A model generated the notes under the pieces. The model was not told the DNA's origin. It saw only the letters and a list, made by a program, of their open reading frames with translations, and did not search any database. From Minisyncoccota bacterium (lineage in GTDB: Bacteria; Patescibacteriota; Minisyncoccia; UBA6257; UBA9933), in NCBI GenBank assembly GCA_041650415.1, contig JBAZLC010000004.1, positions 1-60,432 of the forward strand: a DNA stretch of 60,432 nt, read 5' to 3'. The position numbers were made by a program, and so were the translations under genes. This document shows, piece after piece, positions 32,916-42,482 of this stretch; position 1 is the first letter of the stretch; each line of letters opens with the position of its first letter.

Positions 32916-34907
32916 ATGAAATTTTCTTATACTTTAATTAAAAAACTGGCGCCAGTTGTAAAAAACAAAAAAGATTTAATAGAAAAATTGAATGAATTCG
33001 CCTTTGAGGCGGTTGATTTGGGCGGAAATTCTTTTGAAGTGGCGCTTCCGGCAAACAGATATTCCGATGCGGCTTCGCATATCGGAATTGCCCGCGAGGC
33101 TTCGGCGATTTACGGGAAAAAATTCGATTCGCCGGTTTTTAATCTGAAAAAATCGAAAAATGGCGGTCCGACAAAAGCGAATTTTAAAGTTTCAATAGAA
33201 GACAAGAAATTATGCTCGAGATATATGGGTTGGTATTTTGAGAATGTTAAAATCGGATCTTCTCCGAAATGGATGAAGGATGTTTTGGAAGAGTGCGGCT
33301 TGCGGCCGATAAACGCCGTGGTTGATATTATGAATTACGTCATGCTTGAAACCGGCCAGCCGTTGCATGCTTTTGATTACGACAAAATAGCTCAATCGCA
33401 GATTATCGTCCGTAAGGCGAAAAAAGGCGAAAAAATCGTTTCGTTGGACGATAAAAAATACGACCTTAATGAAAATATTTTGGTAATTGCCGATGCTAAA
33501 AATCCTTTGGCGATCGCCGGAATAAAAGGAGGAAAATTCGCCGAAGTTGTGCCGAGCACCAAACGGATAGTTGTTGAGGCGGCAAATTTTGCCGGCGCCA
33601 ATATCTATAGGGCTTCAAAATCGCTTAAACTTACCACAGACGCTTCCGTGATTTTTTCCCATAATATTTCTCCGGTTTTGGCCGAAATAGGATTAAACAG
33701 GGCGGGGCAGTTGCTTGAAGAAATTACTGGCGCAAAAGCGGGAAAAATTGTCGATGTGAATTATGCGAAACCAGGAAAGAAAATAATAAAATTCGATACC
33801 GAGAAATTCAAAAAATTGATAGGCGTTGATTTAAACGTTAAAATTTGCGGAGATTACCTTAGAAATTTGAGTTTTGGAATTAAGGCTGGTAATAAACAAA
33901 CGTTTTTAGTGGAAGTTCCGGCTTGGCGCAGCGATGTTTCCATTTTTGAAGACTTGGCGGAAGAAATTACCAGACTTTACGGTTTAAATAAATTAAAACC
34001 GCAGCCGCCGAAAATTTACATTCACCCGTCGGGCTTTGAAGACCAGATTGTTTTAAAGGATAAAATAAGAAAAATTTTGACGGGCTTCGGATTTGACGAG
34101 GTCTTGAACTATTCTTTTGTCGGCGATGGCGATTTGGATAAAAATCCCGTCTGGAAAAATAAATTATTGGAACTTGAAAATCCGATTAGCGGCCAAGCGA
34201 AATATATGAGGCCTTCTTTGACGCCGAATCTTATTAAAAATATAGAATCCAATTTCCGGTTTTTCGACGATATTAAAATTTTTGAAATCGGCAAAGTTTT
34301 TTACGGCAACACGCCTGAAAAATTAAATTTGGGAATTTTAATCGCCTCCAAAAAAGATAAACAGGTATTTTTTGAGTTGAAAGGAGCGATCGAAAAAATG
34401 TTTAAGAATATCGGTCTGGTTGATTATATGATGCCCGAACCGGAAAAAGGAGAATGGGTTAATGATTTTACCGGTAACTTGATTTCAAGTGAAATTTTGG
34501 AAATCGAATCCGAAGATAAAGTTATCGGTTATCTTGGCAGAGTTGATTATTCCGGCGCTGAAGCGGTTTTAGCGGAAATAAATTTGGATCTTTTACTTGA
34601 ATTAGTCGAAGAAGAGCATGAATACCGGCCGCTGTCGAAATACCCGTCGATTATGCGCGATGTTTCGGTTTTGGTGAGTCCGGCCGTAAAAGTCGGAGAA
34701 ATAATGAGACTTATTCAAGAATCCGATTTTAAAAACATTGAAGACGTAGACATGATTGATGAATATGAAATGAAAGACAAACGGAGCCTTACATTTAGGA
34801 TAATTTTTCATTCCGAAGAACGTACGCTTAAAGAAGAAGAAGCAAGCGGCGAAATGGAAAAAATAAAAAAACTTCTCAAATCAAAATTCGGAGCGGAGAT
34901 TAGATAA
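32916..34907 (+). CDS. pheT: Phenylalanine--tRNA ligase beta subunit, short form without the N-terminal tRNA-binding OB domain
   Basis: MKFSYTLIKKL start, B3_4 (INAVVDIMNYVMLETGQPLHAFDYDKI), B5 and C-terminal FDX-ACB (SLTFRIIFHSEERTL) regions. Confidence 0.85.
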   Translation: MKFSYTLIKKLAPVVKNKKDLIEKLNEFAFEAVDLGGNSFEVALPANRYSDAASHIGIAREASAIYGKKFDSPVFNLKKSKNGGPTKANFKVSIEDKKLCSRYMGWYFENVKIGSSPKWMKDVLEECGLRPINAVVDIMNYVMLETGQPLHAFDYDKIAQSQIIVRKAKKGEKIVSLDDKKYDLNENILVIADAKNPLAIAGIKGGKFAEVVPSTKRIVVEAANFAGANIYRASKSLKLTTDASVIFSHNISPVLAEIGLNRAGQLLEEITGAKAGKIVDVNYAKPGKKIIKFDTEKFKKLIGVDLNVKICGDYLRNLSFGIKAGNKQTFLVEVPAWRSDVSIFEDLAEEITRLYGLNKLKPQPPKIYIHPSGFEDQIVLKDKIRKILTGFGFDEVLNYSFVGDGDLDKNPVWKNKLLELENPISGQAKYMRPSLTPNLIKNIESNFRFFDDIKIFEIGKVFYGNTPEKLNLGILIASKKDKQVFFELKGAIEKMFKNIGLVDYMMPEPEKGEWVNDFTGNLISSEILEIESEDKVIGYLGRVDYSGAEAVLAEINLDLLLELVEEEHEYRPLSKYPSIMRDVSVLVSPAVKVGEIMRLIQESDFKNIEDVDMIDEYEMKDKRSLTFRIIFHSEERTLKEEEASGEMEKIKKLLKSKFGAEIR

Positions 34908-34917
34908 TATAAAAAAA

Positions 34918-34950
34918 CAGGCTTTCACTTGAGATGAAGCCTGTTTTTTT
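34918..34950 (+). terminator. Rho-independent terminator of pheT
   Basis: caggctt pairs with aagcctg, followed by TTTTTTT. Confidence 0.75.
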
Positions 34951-34963
34951 ATATACTTAAAAA

Positions 34964-37900
34964 ATGTTTAAAAACCTCAAAAATTTCAATCCCGCGGAAA
35001 TCGAGGAAAAAGTGCTTGAATTTTGGCAAATCAATAAAGTTTTCGAAAAATCAATAGAAAAGCCGGCATCGGAAAAGTCTAAGGGCGACTACGTTTTTTT
35101 TGACGGACCTCCTTTTGCCAATGGATTGCCTCATTACGGTCATATTTTGGCTTCAATAATAAAAGACGCGATTCCGAGATATCAAACAATGAAAGGAAAA
35201 AGCGTAAAAAGGCGCTGGGGTTGGGATTGCCACGGCTTGCCGGTTGAGTTTGAAATCGAAAAAGAACTCGGTTTGAAGAGTAAAAAAGACATTATTGAAT
35301 TCGGCGTTGAAAAATTCAACGAGTTTGCCAGAAAAAGCGTTTTAAAATACGAATCGGAGTGGAAAAAAACGATTCCGAGAATCGGCCGCTGGGTCGATAT
35401 GGAAAATCCGTATAAAACAATGGACGTTGAATATATGGAGTCGGTTTTGCACGTTTTCAAAAGTTTATATGATAAAAATTTAATTTACAAAGGCTATAAG
35501 CCGATGCATATTTGTCCGCGGTGCGAAACAACGCTTTCAAATTTCGAGGTCACTCAAAATTATAAAGATATCGAGGATTTCGCAGTCACGTTAAAATTTG
35601 AATTAGTGGATGAACCGAAAACTTTCGCGCTTGCCTGGACGACGACTGCCTGGACTTTGCCGGGAAACGTGGCTTTGGCGGTAAATCCGAAAATTTATTA
35701 CACAAAAATAAAAATCGGCGGCGAAAAATACGTTTTGGCGGAAGAAAGGTTGGGGATTATAAAAGAAAAATACGAAATTGTAGAAAAATTTAAAGGAGAT
35801 AAATTAGTCGGAAAAACCTACAAACCGCTTTTTGATTATTTTAGCCAGGACAAAACTTTAAAAAACCGGGAAAACGGATGGAAAATTTATCCGGCGGATT
35901 TCGTGAGTATTGAAGAAGGAACGGGCATAGTGCATATCGCTCCCGCTTTTGGCGCCGAAGACATGGAATTGGGCAAGGAATTTAATTTACCGTTCGTTCA
36001 ACACGTCGGTATGGATGGAAAAATAAAAAATGAAGCCGAAGACTTCGCCGGCTTAAAGGCAAAACCAAAAGAAAATACCAGAGAAACGGATGAAAAAGTA
36101 ATAAGTTTTCTTTCGGGAGAAAATTCGGTTTACGGACACGAAAAAATGGTCCACTCGTATCCGCATTGCTGGCGCTGTGAAAACCCGCTTTTGAATTATG
36201 CGGCGTCTTCGTGGTTTGTGAAGGTGACCGATATTAAAGACGGTCTTGTTAAAAATAATCAAAAAATAAGCTGGTTGCCGGCTCACATAAAAGACGGCAG
36301 ATTCGGCCAGTGGCTAAAAGACGCGCGGGATTGGGCGATTTCAAGAAGTCGTTTTTGGGGCGCTCCGCTTCCGGTTTGGGAGTGTAAAAATTGCGGAAAG
36401 CTAAAAGTTATAGGTTCAGTGGAAGAATTAAAGAAAAATTCGGAAAGCTCGGGCAATAAATATTTTGTAATGCGGCATGGGCAAGCGGAAAGTAATCTAC
36501 TCGGGGTTACGAGTTCAAATCATAAAAATAATCATCACCTTACCGATAAGGGTAAAAAAGAAGTAGAAGATGCGCTTAAAAAACTGAAAAATATCGATTT
36601 AATTTTTTCTTCCGATTTTGTCCGGACAAAAGAAACGGCGGAGATGACGGCGAAGCATTTGGAAATAAAAAAAGTTATCTACGATGAAAGATTGCGCGAG
36701 GTCAATACGGGAACTTTTGAGGGCAAAGCGGTAAAAGAATATCACGCTTATTTTTCTTCCACTGAAGAGAAGTTTATCAAGCCGACGCCAAAAGGTGAGA
36801 ATTTAACCGATTTAAAAAATCGTATAACAGAATTTATTTATGAAATTGAAAAAAAACATTCAAACAAAAATATTTTAATTATCAGTCATGAGTATCCAAT
36901 TTGGCTTTTGTTTGCCGGAGCTGAAGGAGCGGACGCCAAAAAAGCGATTGCGATGAGGGGCAAGAAAGACGACTTTTTGAAAACCGGAGAAATTAAAAAT
37001 TTAAAATTCGTTCCAATGCCGCATAATAGAAATTACGAGCTTGATTTACACAGGCCGTATATTGATAAAGTTGAACTTAGTTGTGGTTGTGACGGAAAGA
37101 TGAAAAGAATTGAAGACGTTTTCGATTGCTGGTTCGAGTCGGGCTCAATGCCTTACGGTCAATCGCATTACCCCTTCGCCGTAACAAACAATAAACGACA
37201 AATAACAAACAATAATTTACCGGTGCCAGCGGAATTTATTGCCGAGGGAATGGATCAGACACGCGGCTGGTTTTACACACTGCTTATTCTCTCAACAGCT
37301 TTGTTTAATAAACCGGCCTACAAAAATGTTATTGTTAACGGCATAATCTTGGCGGAAAGCGGCCAAAAAATGAGCAAACGCCTTAAAAATTATCCCGACC
37401 CGATGGAACTTGTTTCAAAATACGGCGCGGACAGTTTGCGGTTATATTTGCTTTCTTCGCCGGTGGTGGCGGGCGAGAACTTAAATTTTTCCGAAAAAGG
37501 CGTGGACGAAGTTTACAAAAAAATGATTCTGCGGCTTTGGAATACTTATAAATTTTATGAAATGTATGCGAGCGAACAAACGACAAACGACAAACGACAA
37601 ACGACAAACATTCTGGATGAATGGGTTATTGCCAGATTGGAGCAATTAAAACTGGAAGTTTCTGGCGCACTTGAAAATTACGAACTTGATAAGGCAGTTA
37701 GGCCACTTGGAGGTTTTATCGACGACCTTTCAACTTGGTATATCAGGCGTTCGCGCGAAAGATTTAAATCGGAAGGCAGTGATAAATCCGCCGCGATAGA
37801 AACGACGAAATACATTTTGTCGGAATTTTCAAAAATTCTTGCGCCATTCGCGCCATTTATAGCAGAAGCGGTTTATCAAAGCATAAATAGCAAACAAAAA

Positions 37901-38458
37901 GGAAGCGTGCATTTGGAAAAGTGGCCGGTTTTTGACAAAAAATTGATAGATAAAAATTTATTGGATTCAATGGCGGAAGTCAGAAAAATTGCTTCACTGG
38001 CTTTGGAATTAAGAGGTAAGGAAGGAATTAAAGTAAGACAGCCGTTGTCCTCGTTGAGTATTAAGAACAAAGTATTAAGTATTAAAGACGAAGAGTTATT
38101 AAATATTTTGGCGGACGAAATTAACGTTAAGCAAATTATTTTTAACGGTAAAATAAAAGAAGAAGTTGAATTAGATAAAAATATTACGCCGGAGTTGAAA
38201 GTCGAAGGATTATTAAGGGAAGCGGCGAGGGCGGTTCAGGATTTGAGAAAAGAAGCCGGCCTTTCGCCGAAAGATAAAATCGATTTATGGTTGGAAGTCC
38301 CGGCGGAAATCCGTTCGGCAATAGAGAAAAGCATAAACGAATTCAAAGAAAAAATTTGCGCTAAAAACGTTTATTTCGGCCGGACGGATAAGTTTGACGC
38401 CGAAACCGAAACAAAAATGGACGGTTCGCAAATCTGGGCGGGAGTTAAAAAAGTTTAA
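34964..38458 (+). CDS. ileS: Isoleucine--tRNA ligase (type 2-like) carrying an internal extra domain
   Basis: HIGH region PFANGLPHYGH, the editing domain, KMSKR (QKMSKRLKN) and an anticodon-binding C-terminus. Confidence 0.95.
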   Translation: MFKNLKNFNPAEIEEKVLEFWQINKVFEKSIEKPASEKSKGDYVFFDGPPFANGLPHYGHILASIIKDAIPRYQTMKGKSVKRRWGWDCHGLPVEFEIEKELGLKSKKDIIEFGVEKFNEFARKSVLKYESEWKKTIPRIGRWVDMENPYKTMDVEYMESVLHVFKSLYDKNLIYKGYKPMHICPRCETTLSNFEVTQNYKDIEDFAVTLKFELVDEPKTFALAWTTTAWTLPGNVALAVNPKIYYTKIKIGGEKYVLAEERLGIIKEKYEIVEKFKGDKLVGKTYKPLFDYFSQDKTLKNRENGWKIYPADFVSIEEGTGIVHIAPAFGAEDMELGKEFNLPFVQHVGMDGKIKNEAEDFAGLKAKPKENTRETDEKVISFLSGENSVYGHEKMVHSYPHCWRCENPLLNYAASSWFVKVTDIKDGLVKNNQKISWLPAHIKDGRFGQWLKDARDWAISRSRFWGAPLPVWECKNCGKLKVIGSVEELKKNSESSGNKYFVMRHGQAESNLLGVTSSNHKNNHHLTDKGKKEVEDALKKLKNIDLIFSSDFVRTKETAEMTAKHLEIKKVIYDERLREVNTGTFEGKAVKEYHAYFSSTEEKFIKPTPKGENLTDLKNRITEFIYEIEKKHSNKNILIISHEYPIWLLFAGAEGADAKKAIAMRGKKDDFLKTGEIKNLKFVPMPHNRNYELDLHRPYIDKVELSCGCDGKMKRIEDVFDCWFESGSMPYGQSHYPFAVTNNKRQITNNNLPVPAEFIAEGMDQTRGWFYTLLILSTALFNKPAYKNVIVNGIILAESGQKMSKRLKNYPDPMELVSKYGADSLRLYLLSSPVVAGENLNFSEKGVDEVYKKMILRLWNTYKFYEMYASEQTTNDKRQTTNILDEWVIARLEQLKLEVSGALENYELDKAVRPLGGFIDDLSTWYIRRSRERFKSEGSDKSAAIETTKYILSEFSKILAPFAPFIAEAVYQSINSKQKGSVHLEKWPVFDKKLIDKNLLDSMAEVRKIASLALELRGKEGIKVRQPLSSLSIKNKVLSIKDEELLNILADEINVKQIIFNGKIKEEVELDKNITPELKVEGLLREAARAVQDLRKEAGLSPKDKIDLWLEVPAEIRSAIEKSINEFKEKICAKNVYFGRTDKFDAETETKMDGSQIWAGVKKV
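36458..37030 (+). other. Histidine-phosphatase (PGAM / His_Phos_1-like) domain inserted in-frame in IleRS, about residues 499-689
   Basis: KYFVMRHGQAESN (RHG motif), SSDFVRTKETAE, RLREVNTGTFEGK, ILIISHEYPI. It is flanked by the normally near-contiguous IleRS segments VWECKNCGKLKVIGSVEEL and DLHRPYIDKVELSCGCDGKMKRIEDVFDCWFESGSMPY. Confidence 0.75.
37574..37610. repeat. Tandem heptamer (CAAACGA / ACGACAA) of at least four units inside ileS
   Basis: gaacaaacgacaaacgacaaacgacaaacgacaaaca, translated EQTTNDKRQTTN. Confidence 0.85.
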
Positions 38459-38526
38459 AAAATAAGCGGCTCGGAAGTAATTCTGGGCCGTTTTTTAATT
38501 TCTGCTAAAATGTTATAATTTTATTA

Positions 38527-39825
38527 ATGATAATCACAAATTTTAAAACTTTAATAAAGACTCCACTTCGAAAAAAGGCGCTTCAGATTGTCGAGGCGGG
38601 CTATGAAGCGATAAATATAGAAAAAGCGGTAAAAAATAAAATAAAACTAAGCGGCAATAATCTATCTATTTCTGATGCTATGACGCGTCATAGTATTAAT
38701 TTAAATGACTATAAAAAGATTTTTATTATTGGGATTGGTAAGGGTTCGGCATTGGCAAGCGCGGCGCTGGCAAAAATTCTCGGCAGTAAATTAAGCAAGG
38801 GAATTGTCATTGACATTGAAAAACCAAAATTAGAAATTAAAAATTCAAAATTAGAAATTTTTAAAGGCACTCACCCCATCTCTTCAACGCAAAATATAAA
38901 AGCTACAAAGAAAATAATTGAATTAGCGGAAAATACATGCGAAGACGATTTAATAATTTCTTTTATTTGTGGTGGAGGTTCGGCTTTGCTTTGCGGTTCG
39001 GAAAAAGAAGCAAAAAACTCCAGGGAAATTTTTAAAAAATTAACCGGCGCCGGAGCGAATATTATTGAAATAAATACAATAAGAAAGCATTTATCAGAAG
39101 TAAAAGGCGGAGGTTTGGCAAAAATCGCTTATCCGGCAACCGTGTTTTCTCTTATCGTTTCCGATGTTTTTAAAAACGATTTATCCATGGTGGCTTCAGG
39201 TCCGACCATTTATGATAAAACTGCAAAAAAAGACGCGGAGAAGATATTGGTAAACTACAAACTACGAACTACAAACTATGAACTACTTGAAACACCGAAA
39301 GATAGGAAATATTTTAAAAAAGTTAAAAATATTTTATTCATTTCCAATCATGAGCCGGTTAAGGCAATGATGAAAAAAGCGGAGAAACTGGGTTTTTCGC
39401 CGAAAATTTACTCATATAATTTGAAAGGCGAAGCAAAAAACGTTTTTATTCCACTTACAAAAAAAGTGAAAAATAAAGGTGTGATTATTGCCGGAGGGGA
39501 AACAACTATTGTTTTGGGTAATAATCCGGGCAAGGGAGGAAGAAATATGGAAGCCGTTTTAGGAGCAATAACCAGGTCTCAAAATCCGATTTCCAGCAAT
39601 TTAGTGGTAATTTCTTTTGCCAGTGATGGTAGAGATAACACCGATGCCGCGGGAGCTATTGGCGATATTTTAACCATAAAAAAAGCCAAGAAATTTAAAT
39701 TGGACTTTGAAAAACATCTTAAAAGCCATAGTACTTGGGAATTCTTTAAAAAAACCGATGATTTGATTTTTGCGGAAAAGAAAAATTTTAACGTTTCGGA
39801 CTTGATGTTGGTTATTAAAGAGTAA
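38527..39825 (+). CDS. Glycerate kinase, MOFRL family (DUF4147 + MOFRL)
   Basis: GIGKGSALASAA, CGGGSALL, IRKHLSEVKGGGLA, AGGETTIVL...GKGGRNME, SFASDGRDN. Confidence 0.8.
   Translation: MIITNFKTLIKTPLRKKALQIVEAGYEAINIEKAVKNKIKLSGNNLSISDAMTRHSINLNDYKKIFIIGIGKGSALASAALAKILGSKLSKGIVIDIEKPKLEIKNSKLEIFKGTHPISSTQNIKATKKIIELAENTCEDDLIISFICGGGSALLCGSEKEAKNSREIFKKLTGAGANIIEINTIRKHLSEVKGGGLAKIAYPATVFSLIVSDVFKNDLSMVASGPTIYDKTAKKDAEKILVNYKLRTTNYELLETPKDRKYFKKVKNILFISNHEPVKAMMKKAEKLGFSPKIYSYNLKGEAKNVFIPLTKKVKNKGVIIAGGETTIVLGNNPGKGGRNMEAVLGAITRSQNPISSNLVVISFASDGRDNTDAAGAIGDILTIKKAKKFKLDFEKHLKSHSTWEFFKKTDDLIFAEKKNFNVSDLMLVIKE
38826..38862. repeat. AAATTNN / TTAGAAA heptamer tract inside the glycerate kinase gene
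   Basis: aaaattagaaattaaaaattcaaaattagaaattttt, translated KLEIKNSKLEIF. Confidence 0.7.
39252..39286. repeat. Five tandem RAACTAY heptamers inside the glycerate kinase gene
   Basis: aaactac aaactac gaactac aaactat gaactac, translated NYKLRTTNYELL. Confidence 0.85.
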
Positions 39826-39869
39826 TGGAATTTATAGAGATTTATCAAATTTTATAGTAGAATTAGCTT

Positions 39870-42281
39870 ATGAATAAAAAACAAGATTTTATTAAGCAAT
39901 ATAAAGATGTCGGGATTAAAAATGTCATGGAGGTTGGCGGAAAGAACGGTTCCCTCGGCGAAATGATTAAATATTTGAAACCTAAAGGCGTAAATGTTCC
40001 CGATGGATTCGCGATAACGGCCGCCGCTTACAGATTTTTCCTGGAAAATTCCAAAATAGGCAATAAAGCATTGAAGGTTTTCATAAAAGAAGCATTATCT
40101 GGTTTAAATACTCATAACCTTCCCGATTTGGCGAGGCGCGGGAAATTGGTAAGGGAAACTATAAAAAGCGTTGAAATACCTAAAGAACTTGCGAATGAAA
40201 TAGTTAAAAATTACGAAAAACTTGAAAAAGAATACGGTAAAAATGCGGATGTGGCGGTTCGCACCAGTGGTACAACCGAAGACGCGCCTGACGCTTCGTT
40301 TGCCGGTCAATACGAGACTTTTTTGAATATTCGAGGCGCCGAAGAGGTTTTACAGGCCGTAAAGGAGTCTTTTGCTTCTTTGTTCACCGATAGGGCGATT
40401 TCTTACAGAGCGGATAAAGGCTTTGATTATACAAAAATGGCGCTTTCGGTAGGCGTGCAAAAAATGGTGCGTTCGGACTTGGGATGTTCGGGGATAATAT
40501 TTACTCTTGATACGGAATCGGGTTTTCCCGGGGTTGTTTTAATAAACGGTGCTTGGGGGTTGGGAGAAATGATAGTTCAAGGAGAAGTGACGCCGGACGA
40601 ATTTTTAGTTTTCAAAAAAACAAAAGCAATTATAAATAAAAAGCTTGCGGAGAAAAGCCGGAAAATGATTTATTCGGCCGGCCATGGGATAAAAAAGACT
40701 AAAGTAGTAGACGTGAAAAAAGAAGATAAAGAAAGATTTGTTTTGAATGAAAAGGAAATTTTGAAATTGGCGGAATGGGCGGTAATGATAGAAGATCATT
40801 ATTCTAAAATTCGTAAAAAATGGACGCCAATGGATATGGAGTGGGCGAAAGACGGCAAAACCGGAGAATTATTTATCGTTCAGGCAAGGCCGGAAACGGT
40901 TCATAGTCGCCGCGACTTTTCAAAAATAAAAGAATATGAGCTTCAGGCTTCAGGTTCCAAGTTTAAAGTTATAGTTAAGGGCGCCTCCGTCGGCAATAAA
41001 ATCGCTACGGGTAAAGCGCGGATAATTTTAGACGCTAAACAGATAAATCAATTTAAAGCGGGCGAGGTTTTAATAACCGATATGACGGACCCGGATTGGG
41101 AACCGATTATGAAAATCGCCTCGGCGATTGTAACGGATAAAGGCGGACGTACAAGCCATGCGGCCATAGTTTCCCGGGAATTGGGCATTCCTTGCGTTGT
41201 AGGTTCCGGTAGCGCCACAAAAAAGATAAAAACGGGCCAAACCGTCACCGTAGACACTACTTCCAGTGAGGGCGTGGTTTATGACGGCGCTTTGAAATTT
41301 AAAATAGTGGAAAGCGATGTTAAAAAATTTCCCAAGCCCAAGACTAAAATAATGATGAATATTGCCACTTCGGACACGGCTTTTGAAAAATCGCTTTTGC
41401 CGAATGACGGCGTCGGGCTTGCGAGAGAAGAATTTATTATCGCCAGCGATATCGGAATTCATCCGAATGCGTTGATAAATTACAACAAACTACAAACCAC
41501 AAACAAAAAACTTAAAACCCAAATAGACCAAAAAACGGTGGGGTATAAAGACAAAAAGAAATTTTACGTTGACAAGCTGGCGTATGGAATCGCGAAAATT
41601 GGCGCGGCGTTCTATCCAAAACAGGTAATCGTCCGGTTCTCGGATTTTAAAACGAATGAATATCGAAGCTTAATCGGCGGGGAAATTTACGAACCACAGG
41701 AAGAAAATCCGATGATTGGCTGGCGTGGCGCTTCCCGCTATTATCATCCGAATTTTGTTTCAGCCTTTTTATTGGAGCTTGAAGCGATTAAAAAAGTCCG
41801 CGAGGAAATGAAATTAGACAACGTGGTCGTGATGGTGCCGTTTTGTCGGACAGTGGAAGAAGGGAAGAAAGTGGTTGCGATAATCAGGAAGCATTTAAAA
41901 CCGTTGAAAATTTTCGTAATGTGCGAGATTCCTTCGAATGTTGTTTTAGTGGATGAATTTTTAAATGTATTTGACGGGATGAGCATTGGTTCAAATGATT
42001 TGACGCAATTAACCGTCGGCATAGACCGCGATGCTTCCGAATTGGTCCGCGGCGTGGCAAACGAGAAAGACGAATCGGTCAAAAAGTTGATTTCCGAGGT
42101 AATCAAAAAATGCCTAAAGCGTAAGAAATATATCGGTATTTGTGGCCAGGCACCTTCGGACTATTCGGATTTCGCCGAGTTTTTGGTGGAAGAGGGCATT
42201 GAGAGTATGTCGTTGAACCCGGATACGGTTATAAAAACAACTTTGAAAGTTTACGAGAAAGAAAAAAAGTTAAAGAAATAA
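39870..42281 (+). CDS. ppsA: Phosphoenolpyruvate synthase
   Basis: ATP-grasp N-terminal domain, phosphohistidine motif GGRTSHAAIVSRELGIP, and a C-terminal PEP-utilising TIM barrel. Confidence 0.9.
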   Translation: MNKKQDFIKQYKDVGIKNVMEVGGKNGSLGEMIKYLKPKGVNVPDGFAITAAAYRFFLENSKIGNKALKVFIKEALSGLNTHNLPDLARRGKLVRETIKSVEIPKELANEIVKNYEKLEKEYGKNADVAVRTSGTTEDAPDASFAGQYETFLNIRGAEEVLQAVKESFASLFTDRAISYRADKGFDYTKMALSVGVQKMVRSDLGCSGIIFTLDTESGFPGVVLINGAWGLGEMIVQGEVTPDEFLVFKKTKAIINKKLAEKSRKMIYSAGHGIKKTKVVDVKKEDKERFVLNEKEILKLAEWAVMIEDHYSKIRKKWTPMDMEWAKDGKTGELFIVQARPETVHSRRDFSKIKEYELQASGSKFKVIVKGASVGNKIATGKARIILDAKQINQFKAGEVLITDMTDPDWEPIMKIASAIVTDKGGRTSHAAIVSRELGIPCVVGSGSATKKIKTGQTVTVDTTSSEGVVYDGALKFKIVESDVKKFPKPKTKIMMNIATSDTAFEKSLLPNDGVGLAREEFIIASDIGIHPNALINYNKLQTTNKKLKTQIDQKTVGYKDKKKFYVDKLAYGIAKIGAAFYPKQVIVRFSDFKTNEYRSLIGGEIYEPQEENPMIGWRGASRYYHPNFVSAFLLELEAIKKVREEMKLDNVVVMVPFCRTVEEGKKVVAIIRKHLKPLKIFVMCEIPSNVVLVDEFLNVFDGMSIGSNDLTQLTVGIDRDASELVRGVANEKDESVKKLISEVIKKCLKRKKYIGICGQAPSDYSDFAEFLVEEGIESMSLNPDTVIKTTLKVYEKEKKLKK

Positions 42282-42284
42282 AAC

Positions 42285-42479
42285 ATGATAAATTTAATGC
42301 GCCCAGAATTTTTCGACATTTTTGGCATTTTAACTTTCATGTTTTTAATCTCTGTTTCGTTGTGGCAGCTTAAATTTAAGAAATTGCCGTCGGATTGGAT
42401 TATAATAATAATTTTAATTATCGGCATTTTAGGATTAGTGATTGATACTTTCAACGTTTATAAGGGTTATTTAATGTAA
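42285..42479 (+). CDS. 64-aa two-TM membrane protein
   Basis: FDIFGILTFMFLISVSLW...WIIIIILIIGILGLVI. It is tightly packed between ppsA and eno. Confidence 0.45.
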   Translation: MINLMRPEFFDIFGILTFMFLISVSLWQLKFKKLPSDWIIIIILIIGILGLVIDTFNVYKGYLM

Positions 42480-42482
42480 AAA

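Noticed and set aside
36458-37030. Intein as the explanation for the extra about 190 residues in IleRS
   Set aside because: There is no Cys/Ser/Thr at the upstream junction, no His-Asn plus nucleophile at the downstream junction, and no intein or homing-endonuclease blocks. The insert instead carries the full histidine-phosphatase motif set.
38826-39286. CRISPR array or other spacer-repeat structure among the short tandem repeats
   Set aside because: The repeat units are 7 nt with no unique spacers, lie inside ORFs, and have no cas genes nearby. They are microsatellite-like tracts, not CRISPR.
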